Shown in pieces: positions 53,559 to 64,000 of a stretch of DNA of 64,000 bases (position 1 is its first letter; each line of letters begins with the position of its first letter). Origin of the DNA: Lama glama (Eukaryota); contig CM052816.1 of the NCBI GenBank assembly GCA_028534125.1, positions 43,340,001-43,404,000 of the forward strand. Direction: 5' to 3'. The notes under the pieces were generated by a model that worked only from the letters and a program-made list of their open reading frames with translations, had not been told where the DNA came from and did no database searches. The translations under genes were made by a program, and so were the position numbers.

Positions 53559-55135
53559 TCTTGTTGGTGAGACATTCTGGCTAGGTAGCTAACATAGGAT
53601 GGAGGGACTGGGGCTGACAATAGACTATTTCTGGGCATGACAGGTACTAGGATTGCTGTCCTAATACAAGAATGCAGGAGGGTTTGAGGTATGATGTTCA
53701 AATTTTCATTTATCTCTAGTTATACTTTGAATAAAGATTCTTGTTCAGGGGATTCAAGGTAAAGTTGCAAGGGCTTCATAGGTATACCAAACATAGCAGT
53801 AAGAAATTGAGTTGGTAATTCCAATTTAAGAGAGCAGGCATATAGGAAGTAGTTGATTGATGTCCTTAAAAGAGGAGGCATAGCAACCAGACTTAAAACC
53901 ATAGCTATAAGGATTAGGGGTGTGATTTCTACTGAGGAAGACTGAAAATTCATGGCTTACTCTGCTGCTCCTAGAAAAAGAATAATGAGAACTCATTATT
54001 TCTAACTAGGTTACATTAGAGGTAAGGGAAGCCTCAAAAACTTGGGTTTGGTAGCCCTGTTTATCACATGGGAGGAGTGAGCCTTCCAGAAACCATTTGG
54101 TCAGCCTTTACCATCCTCACCTCCTGTGCTCCCCCTGCTTAATGTGGTGAATGACTAAATGGTAAGAGGTGCTAAGTTTGCACTCAAGAAGTTTAGGAAT
54201 TTCTTACCTCAGTCAAAATAAGCCCAGATACAGGGTAAGGCAGAGCCTCAGGATGGAGGCTGAGGACAATGGTGTACCCCTATGGGGAGCTGGGGAAGCC
54301 TGAGGCGAGAGAAACGAATTGAGAGCTAATGTTGGAAAGTGTTTTAAAGCATTATTTCTAAACTGTTAATGTGTAAAACCCATTTTTTTCCTGTTAAACC
54401 AGCCGTTTGAGTGTCATCAGTACAACGGAATTGTGACTATCTTTCTTTGTTGATGTTCCCATGCTTTTTACCCCAGAACCTCTCAATTCCAGTTGTATCA
54501 CAACAATTTTATTGTATTTTTTTTCAGTGGGCAAAAAGTGTCCAATTGTGTGTGTGTTTTAAATTCTTTTAAAAGGAGGATTTTTCTTTATCTCTGAATG
54601 CTTATTTGTAGGATATATTTTTATTTTAGATCTTAGCACAACTCAACTAAAACTTTAAAAGATCGTTTTTTGAGTTGTGTCAAAAATCATGTTAAAACTA
54701 TTGTCTATTTGCTTTACAGAGGAAACACCGAGGGCTTCACAGCAATTTTTAGTGATGGAATGTCAAAGAAGTAAATGAATGCTAGCAGTCAGATAGGATT
54801 CCAGAAGGACAGCTCCTTGAGCCTGTTTGGTAAAGCATCAGAGCTCCAAAGAATGATGGGCTTTGGAAGCAGTAGCAGAATGGGCTACAGCATTTGAAAT
54901 AAAAAGAAATGGAATCCAGCAGCATCCTGATGGAGTATAGGCCTCAACACTACTCTGAAAGATCTTACCTTTTTTTTTTTTCTTTTTAAACAAATGGCAC
55001 ACACTCATCAGGCATATTCATCCTTGGTGGAAGAGGATATTCAACATTGATGACTTCCCTTTTTTTTTTCATGGCACAATTATTTCCACCCCTCCCCAGT
55101 CCCCAAAATATCATTCTTGCCTGTATATAAAATCA

Positions 55136-55630
55136 AAGAAGCTGTGATATATTTATACAATGGAATACTACTCAGCCATAAAAATAATAAAATAATGCCA
55201 TGCATTTCAGCAACATGGATGGACCTGGAGAATGTCATTCTAAGGAAGTAAGCCAGAAAGAGAAAAAAAAATACCATGTGACATCACTTATATGTGGAAT
55301 CTAAAAAAAAAAAAGACAAATGAACTTACTTACAAAATAGAAACAGACTCACAGACATAGAAAACAAACTTATGGTTACCGGGGGGAAGGAGGTGGGAAG
55401 GAATAAATTGGGAGCTCAAGATTTGCAGATACTAACTAATATATATAAAATAGATGAACAACAAGTTTCTACTGTATAGCACAGAGAACGATATTAAATA
55501 TCTTATAGTAACTTATGGTGAAAAAGAATATGGAAATGAATATATGTGTGTTCCTATGTGACTGAAGCATTGTGCTGTATACCAGAAATTGGCATAACAT
55601 TGTAGACTGACTATTCTTCAGTAAAAATGT
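55136..55630 (+). mobile_element. Young 5'-truncated L1 3' end, sense orientation
   Basis: caatggaatactactcagccataaaa...gcaacatggatggacctggag; same 3' UTR family as the 33.3 kb and 56.1 kb copies. Confidence 0.9.
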
Positions 55631-56087
55631 ATTTAAAAATCAGTGACAACTATAATATATATATATTTGAAATAATTCCAGTGATGATTTTAAAACATTT
55701 GAAAATAAACTTATCATAGCAATTTAGTAAGTTAACTGTCATCCCAGAGTTCATTTATGGTCATGAGGCATATGCAAGAAGCTCTTTTGATTGCACATGA
55801 TAGGCTTGCCAAAAAAAGCTTATCATGGGCTAATCCATACAGGTCTTAAGATCCTTTGATGCTGATCTGCTTGTAAATAAATTGCTTTTTGTTTTAATCT
55901 TTTTTGTCTTTCTTTATTCCTTGTTTCTTGCAGATTTATTCTGTTATATATATCAGCTTGTTAACAGTGTTTTAAATTTTCATGTTGTCATGTTGTGTTC
56001 TGATTGTTTAAATTTTCCTGTTAATTTATTATAGAAGGAACTCTCTTTCTCTCTAAGGACTTCTATTTTAATTTTTCTCTTAAAATA

Positions 56088-58405
56088 TTTTTTTAAAAAA
56101 AGTTGAAGTATAGTCAGTTTACAATGCTGTGTTGATTTCTGGTGTTGAGCATAATGTTTCAGTCATACATATACATACATATTTTCATTTTCATATTCTT
56201 TTTGATTATAGGTTACTACAAGATATTGAATATAGCATCCTGTGCTATACAGTATAAATTGTTGTTTACCTATTTTATGTATAGTAGTTAGTATCTGCAA
56301 ACCTCAAACTCCCAATTAATCCCTTCCCACCCCCTTCCCTGACTGGTAACCATAGGTTTGTTTTCTATGTTTGTGAGTCTGTTTCTGTTTTGTAAATAAG
56401 TTCTTTTTTTTTTTTAGATTCCACATATATGATATCTTATGGTAGTTTTATCAGCATTTATCCAGTATTTATCATTTGTAGACTTTTTAATGATGGCCCT
56501 TCTGACTGGTGTGAGGGGACACCTCATTGTAGTTTTGATTTGCATTTCTCTGATAATTAGAGATATTGAGCATTTTTTTATGTGCCTATTGGCCATTTGT
56601 TTGTCTTCACTGGAGAATTGCTTGTTTAGGTCTTTTGCCCATTTTTGGATTGGGTTGTTCATTTTTGTATGAGCTGTTTGTATATCCTGGAAATTAAGCC
56701 CTTGTCAGTCACGTCATTTGCAAATATTTTCTTCCATTCTGTGGGTTGTCATTTTGCTTTACTTATGGCTTACATTGCTGTGCAAAATCTTATAAGTTTA
56801 ATTAGGTCCCCTTTGTTAATTTTTACTTTTATATCTATTGCCTGGGTGACTGCCCTAGGAGAACAATGCTAAGTTTTATGTCAGAAAATGTTTTCTTCTA
56901 GGAGGTTTATAGTGTCTTGTCTTATATTTAAGTCTTTAAGCCATTTAGAGTTTAGTTTTGTGTATGGTGTAGGGGAGTGTGCAGCTGTCCAGTTTTCCCA
57001 ACACCATTTGCTGAGGAGACTGTCTTTTCTCTATTGTGTATTTTTGCCTCCTTTGTCAAACATCAATTGACTGTTAGTGTGTGGGTTTATTTCTGGGCTC
57101 TCTATTCTGTTCCATTGATCCATATGTCTGTTTTTGTGCCAATACCACACTGTTTTGATTATTGTAGCTCTGTAATACTGTCTGAAGTCTGGGAGGGTTG
57201 TTCCTTCAGCTTTGCTCGTTTTCTTCAGTATTGCTTTGTCAATTCTGGGTCTTTTGTGATTACATATATAAATTTTAGGATTATTTGTTTGAGTTCTGTG
57301 GAAAATGTCCTGGATAATTTGATTGGGATTGCATTAAATCTGTAGATTGCTTTGGGTAGTATGGCCATTTTAACAATATTAATTCTTCCAACTCAAGAGT
57401 GTGGGATATCTTTCCATTTCTTTAAATCATCTTTTCATTTCCAGTGTTTTGTAGTTCTCCATGTATATATCTTTCACCTACTTTGTCAGGTTTATTCCTA
57501 AATATTTTTTGATGTGATTTTAAAAGAGATTTTTTTTAAACTTTCCTTTTCTGATATTTCATTATTAGTGTACAGAAATGGAACCGATTTCTGTATGTTA
57601 ATCTTGTACCCTGGTAGTGCTGAATTCTTTTATCAGCTGTAGTAGTTTTTGTGTGGAGCCTCTGGAGTTTTCTATATATAGTATCATGTCATCTGCATAT
57701 AGTGACAATTTTACCTCTTCTCTTGCAATTTGGATCTCTTTTATATCTTTTTCTTGTGTGATTGCTATGGATAGGACTTCCAATACTATGTAGAATAGAA
57801 GCTGTGAGAGTGGGCATGCTTGTCTTGTTCCAGATTTTAGCTGGAAGGCTTTCAACTTTTCAGCATTGAGTATTATGTTCACTGTGGGTTTGTCATAAAT
57901 AGCTTTTATTATGATATGTTCCCTCTATACCCACTTAGGTAAGAATTTTTAACATAAATAGGTGTTGAATTTTAGCAAATGCTTTTTCTGCATCTACTGA
58001 GATGATTATGTGATTTTTGTCCTTTCTTTTGTTGATGTGATTTATCATGTTGATTGATTTGCGTATGTTGAACCATCTTTGTGTCCCTGGGATGAATTCA
58101 ACTTGATCTTGGTGTATTATCTTTTTATGTGTTGTTGGATTTTGTTTGCTGATATTTTGTTGAGAATTTTTACATCTATGTTCATCAACGATATTGGCCT
58201 GTAATTTTTTATTTGGTGGTGTCTTTGTCTGATTTTGGTATCAGGGTGATGGTGGCTTCATAGAATGAATTTGAAAGTGTTTTCTCCTCTTCAGTCTTTT
58301 GGCAGAGTTTGAGAAGGATTAGTGTAAATTCTTTGTACATTTGGTAGAATTCCCCAGTGAAGCCATCTGGTTGTGAACTTTTATTTGCAGGGAGGTTTTT
58401 TACTG
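56088..58405 (-). mobile_element. 5'-truncated L1 with disrupted ORF2 reverse-transcriptase region
   Basis: ORF fragments [22 protein letters not shown]...[14 protein letters not shown] (YADD) and [15 protein letters not shown]; frameshifts and stops. Confidence 0.95.
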
Positions 58406-59399
58406 GTATAAAATCTTTATTTCTTACTTATTGAAGAACAAATATTAAAAAAATTTCCTCATGTATTTATTTTCATGTTATTTTATGTATTCCTTTTTCT
58501 ACCTTCCCTCTTATATTTTTCTTTACCTTTTTTTTTTTTTTTTGGTAATAGCTGCAGCTATGCTGCATGCATGGCTAAAGAGAGAATCTATCACAAATGA
58601 GCAAAGTTAAGGCCTTATTCCTTCGATTTCTCTCTAATGGATCTCTCAGTCAGTCTGAGAATGGCCTCCTCGTAACACTCCTTACTCTAGTAACATGTAG
58701 GCTAACTTTCCTTAATGTACTTTCTGCTCTGCAGATGTCATACTCAGTCTTTTGGAAAAGATACTGCTTTCTAAAACTGTATACCATCCAACTTTTGTAG
58801 GCATCTGTTTTGAAACCTTAGATTGCTGAAACACTTGTTGGCTTTTGGACAAATAGAGAATCAAGAGTTAGGAGAGTCCCTCTTGGGAAATGATCTTCCA
58901 TGTCATATGCTTAGCCTAATTTTGCTGATAATCCAGGTGATGGTGAACCCTGCTAAAAATGTTCAAGGGAGGAGGCCCAGTAGAGGTTCTAAGTCAGATT
59001 CTTGGTGTAGCTTTTACACCAGCCTGGTTCTAATTTAGTTATTTTCTGGGTGATCTTCTCTGCATGATAGGGTTGTAGGAGTATCCTTAGGATATAAGGC
59101 TCTCCTAGCCCTTTTCCCTCGTTATTTGTACTGAGAATGTATTTATGCTTAGTAAGTAAGGAATGTGAACGTCTTGTTACTAGGGATTACATAATTTTAA
59201 AGTGTGGAAATGGGATTCATTTTCACCAAAATGTTTCACTATAATACTGCTTTATTTTAATGTTAAATTGAGAAAGTCTTTAGTTTTTGTATTACTTTTA
59301 CTGGAAATCCTTCCTTCTACTTGTCATTGAGTGAGTAAGATCTTAGAAAAGATTTCATTGTGAAATAAGGAGAGTCATTATAATAGGAAAAAAACTAGG

Positions 59400-59590
59400 T
59401 ATGGTATTAAAAGACATGGATTGACATCCTCACTGTATTATTTATTAGCCAAGTGACTTCGGAAAAATTACTTTATCTTTCTTACCTTTAACTTCTTCAT
59501 TTGTAAAATAGGACTGAAATTACCTCACAGAATTATTATGAGACTCAGATGAGATTTTTTGAAGGTACTTTATAAAGTACAAAGTGGTAT
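59400..59590 (+). mobile_element. MIR SINE
   Basis: ttattagccaagtgacttcggaaaaattactt...cttcatttgtaaaatagg...tacctcacagaattattatgag. Confidence 0.7.
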
Positions 59591-59734
59591 TTACAAATAC
59601 TATATTCTAAGTAATAACATGTTATGTTACTTCTGTACTTGGTGAGTTATTTTCTAAAGGTCATGATCTAAGAGGCAGTAAAGTTAAGATATGTTGTTTA
59701 AGTTTAATTTCCAAGTCTTCCTCTTATTAGGGTG

Positions 59735-59885
59735 TGGCCTAACCTCTCTTAGTCTCACTTTCCTCTTCAATAAAATGAGAATGATAATGGTGTCTTATCT
59801 CATAGGGTTGTTGTAAAGATTAAGTGAGCTAATCCACGTCAAGTACTTCCAAAATTCAATAAATGCTACCTATCGTCATTATCAT
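59735..59885 (+). mobile_element. MIR SINE
   Basis: taacctctcttagtctcactttcctc...tctcatagggttgttgtaaagattaagtgagctaat. Confidence 0.8.
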
Positions 59886-62800
59886 TCTTAGATTAAAAAA
59901 AGGAGGTCTTTTCCTAAATTAAGATCATATTTACCATTTATCAAGTGGCCACTCTCTATTGTGAAGCATCGAAGCAATTTTTCTTAGTGGTAAATACACA
60001 CGTAAATAAAATGTTACAGTTTTCCTCAGTTAAGAAAACTCAGTAACATTATTTCAGATGGTAGGTATTCCTGATAAGCTGTGTGCATATAGTATTTTGG
60101 CAAATTTTGTTATATTTGGGGTACAGTGAGGAAATTCAGAAAATAACTGCTGCAGATAAATGCATTGAATAATAAACGACCCTTTGAAATGTGATTACTC
60201 AGTAGTATATTCATTCTTGAAGTCAGTTTTCACATTAAAAAGAAATCTGGCTATGTTTGTACTCACTAATAATTTGTGAGACTTAATTAATTATATAATC
60301 TATTTTAAGGGAATCACCAAAGTGATCGAAGCAGCAGCCTTGAGGATTAGTTAAAACTTGGTGGAGATAGTGAATTTAATGAAGTAATTTCTTCAGGTAA
60401 ATGCCTAATGTAACATAAAGACTGACTAAAACAAAGGTAGAGTTTTGAAAATACGTGAATAACTAAAAGATTGTGTGATTTTTGCTGTGTACTGATAAAT
60501 TTAGCAAGATCTAGGACGGTGTGATAATTGAGACTCACTTGTAATATTCAGGTTAAAAATGTATGCTTTTTCTCTCTTCCATGAAAGGCATGACTTATAC
60601 CATTTGTAGTTCAATTATGATGCTTTCACATTTTGTGTGTTAATACTTTGGTGAAGTGTGCAATATAAAAGTGAGTTAAATGATTGATGATTGCTACACA
60701 GTCCAACACTGATTTCAGCCAGTCAGAATGTTGCAGTTTTGGCTTAATTACAAGAGGAGCCTGAGTCTCATGGTTTCTGTGACAACGCAAGGTCAGGTGA
60801 CCTGGATATGTCCTGCCAAGCTGTTCCTGTGGAATAAATAGGCTGTTTGTAAACAGGATGGCTAAGCATTCTCTCACAACTTTTCAAGTTCAGAAAGTAT
60901 AAGGCAGCTGGGTAAAAGGTCAAAGGTTAAAGGTAATAAGTCATTTTGGGCCTGTTCTTCTGTGGAGTCTTTGGCTGCCTTTCAGACTGAGGTCTTGGAA
61001 ATGGTTCACACAGAGGCCTTTTGCCAAAAGACTACTGAGAGTTGAATCAAGCAGGATTCTATTACAAAATCCTCTCCCTCTCTTTCTCCCACTCTCTTTC
61101 TGTCTGAATCATGCTGTCTGAATTTTATAGAAATCCAAGGAATTGAAAAATAAAACTAAGTCTATAAATGAGGCAATCAAATAAATTCATGTTTTACATA
61201 AAATAAATCTGGAATGACTCTTTTTTGGGGACAGAGGTCCACAAATTGAATTTATTATGATAAATACTTGCAAAATTGATTGCAGAGTACATTTTAGAAA
61301 AAGAGTGAGTATATCAAAATAACAAGAAGATTAAAAATACTGGCAAAAAAACTTGGGGCAATTGTAGGTTTTTTTTAAAGAGGCAGTGTGTGTCTGTTCC
61401 ACCTAGGCCACCAGAGGTAGCCTTTAAATGGTCTACTGAGATATGTTAGTGAATGAGCTCATCTATTATCTGTTATGCTGTTGAGTATTAAGATTTGCTC
61501 TGTATACAATAAGGAAAAAAGGTATAATTAGGCTTCCTCAAAATTTCTTGCCTTCCTTTAGATTTATTGCTGTTGATGTTCTTGCTCAGAGTGGGAATTC
61601 ATTCCAGGGATAGAAAAAACAGTAAAGTGAATGTTAGATTTACCTTCTCTGGCCTTAAAGCTTGGCTTGAAGAAACTTCTTCAGTTCCCTGGCTGTTTTG
61701 TTTGTCTGCATTACTAATTTGTTTTCTACTGTTTGTGCACTACTACCGAATTACAACTTCTGTCTTGGTCAATTTTGGTATGTTTTCATCCTTGTATTTG
61801 AAATGCTTTGTTTATCAAGATGTGGGCACTGGATATTCTTAAAGTAGAAAAAGGTAAGGTGAGGGACAATAAAAAGACGGCAAAAGAACCATTCCCAAAC
61901 ACAAAGTATAAGCCATAGGCCATTTTAACTGTAAACACACTTGTGGGATGGTAGCAGTTACAAAGAAATCACCCAGATAAAGGGAAAAATAAAAACATTT
62001 CATTAGGAAATTTAGTGTAACTCCTAGTGGAAACCAAAGCGTGTAGTTTGGATCATGACCAGTGCTACCTTGGCTTTCATTATTTATTGTACTGATGAGG
62101 ACAGGCGTGGGAAGGATGGGACTTTCCAGTGTGTTTCATTAACCTGATTTCTTTTTTCCTTGTAGAACCATGAAATAAATCCATTTGTCTTTAAACAGAT
62201 TTTTTCTGAGAATATCTGAATTCACAGGTGTTCTTGTCTTTACTCTTTTCAGAAAATTCTAAAAGAAAAAATTTCCCTGAAGTTTGGGAAGCCATTTGTC
62301 GTTAAATTTCTTTCCTTGAATTTTTTTTGATATCAGGAACACTGCTGCAATGTGAGGTATTCCTTATGTTAATAAAGAACTTCCTCTTCTCTGTTTTTTA
62401 TTAAACAAATGACATGTTTATTTTCCTTTATTTATTGACTTCCAACTAGACTGTGTTGGACAAATTAGAAAATGGCAACTTTTAAAAGAATATATTTAAT
62501 AACTTTGGGCAGATCTTTACCTTCTTTTTGCCATGTAAAGGTTGTCAGAGAAAATCTTGAAAAATGTTTACTCTTTATAAAAAATAACGTAAGACAGGTA
62601 ATCTGGGATAAGTCACTGAGCTTTTCTGAATCTGTTTTGTTATGGAGGCTAGAACTCGATCTTAAAGGTTTTTCCCAACTCCAAGCTAAGTTGCATATGA
62701 CCAAATGTTTCTAGGACTAAAGAACTCTCTGACTTGCTAAATTTGGTATTTCTGTCATTTTTCCTCTGTGAATAAAATGTTAAGGAGAAAGTAAATCAGG

Positions 62801-63119
62801 ACCTTGAAGTGTGAAAGATACCGTGAATCCATTTTCAGAGGGCAAATAGCATTGTATCCCCTTGATTGCCTGCTTCCCTTCGCCACTCTTTGGAGTTACT
62901 GCTATTGGTCCTGCTGCTGCTGCCTCGGATGAGAGGCAAAGACCTAGGCTGACGAGGCCAGCAAGTGGGACTTCTCTAGGGCCTAAAGGATAGGGCTAGG
63001 TGATCCCTGGTGGAACCAGAGATTCATATTTCTGGCACAAAAATCTCTAAGAGTCATTAATGAAATGATCATTTAAAACCCTACAAATCAGGTAGGACCT
63101 CTGATCTAAATTAAAAATA

Positions 63120-64000
63120 CAGATGTTAGGTTGTTTCCATATCTTGGTTATTATGAACAGTGCTGCAAATAATTCAGGAGTACCAAATATCTCTTTAATA
63201 TCCTGTTCTCATATCCTTTGGATTATATACTGAGAAGTGGGATTACTGGTAGTTTTAACTTTTTTGAGGAATCTTCATACTGTTTTCCACAGCACCAATT
63301 TACATTCTTACCGACAGTGTACAAGGGTTCCCTTTTTTCTACATCCTCACCAACCTTGTTATCTCTTGTCTTTTTGATAATATCCATTCTAACAGGCATG
63401 AGGTGATAGCCTGTGGTTTTAATTTGCATTTCCCTGATGATTAGAAATGTTGAGCACCTTTTCGTGTACTTGTTGGCTATTTGTATGTCTTTGGAAAAAT
63501 GTCTTTTCAGTTCCTCTGCCCATTTATAAATCAGATTTTTTTGTTGTTGTTGTTCTTGAGTTGTATGTATTCTTTGCATTTTGGATGTTAACCCCTTATG
63601 ATATGTATAATTTACAACTATTTTTTTCCCATCGTGTTAGTTGCCTTTTAATTTTGTTCATAGTTAACTTTGCTGAGTAGAAAGAAGCTTTTTAGTTTAA
63701 TGTAGTCCAAGTTGTTTAATGTCGCTTTTCTTGCTTTTGCTTTTGGTGTCCAATCCAAAAATTATTGCCAAGACTGATGTCAAGGAGCTTACTTTCTGTG
63801 TTTTCTTCTAGGACTTTTACGATTTCAGATCTTTGCTTGTCTTTAATACATTTTGAGTTGATTTTGTGTATGGTAGAAGATAGGGGTCTAGTTTCATTCT
63901 GTGTATAATTTTGTGCCAATGCCATGCTGTTTTGATTACTGTACTGCATAGTTTGGAATCAGGAAGTATGATTCCTCCAGCTTTGTTCTTTTTTCTCAAG
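63120..64000 (-). mobile_element. L1 ORF2 3' portion, runs off the window end
   Basis: ORF fragments [39 protein letters not shown] and [21 protein letters not shown]. Confidence 0.93.

Noticed and set aside
57598..57882. YADD reverse-transcriptase ORF as a novel retro-system
   Set aside because: Ordinary broken L1 ORF2 fragment.
61406..61421. CTCF-like GGCCACCAGAGGTAGC
   Set aside because: Mismatches in the conserved GGC end of the core.

Overview
Mammalian genomic DNA containing the complete three-exon nuclear receptor gene NR2F1 (COUP-TFI) on the minus strand: CDS join 13756-13297, 10885-10358, 5301-5021 (1269 nt, 422 aa). It has a long GC-rich 5' leader with four uORFs, a TATA-like promoter near 15.56 kb and a poly(A) signal at 4245-4250. 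About 1-31 kb is CpG-island rich, has no transposon I can recognise, and includes a 100-N gap. About 31-64 kb is AT-rich, gene-desert-like sequence with L1, L2, MIR, MLT1/MLT2, MER20 and MER96B-like repeats. Nearly all L1/LTR copies are on the minus strand, and several splice-bounded candidate + strand exons fit a divergent NR2F1-AS1-like lncRNA. The young L1 3' ends and the lack of Alu/B1/Bov/PRE/Can SINEs suggest a camelid-like cetartiodactyl (inference). I find no second protein-coding gene and no novel protein system. The most striking unexplained signal is a set of near-perfect nuclear-receptor elements of the classes COUP-TF itself binds: a COUP-like DR1 abutting the TATA box, a perfect TREpal in intron 2, and a four-half-site DR1 array plus an IR2 about 45 kb upstream. 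Together they suggest a distributed autoregulatory circuit. Repeat family names and TF-motif functions come from recognition by eye, not from database searches.
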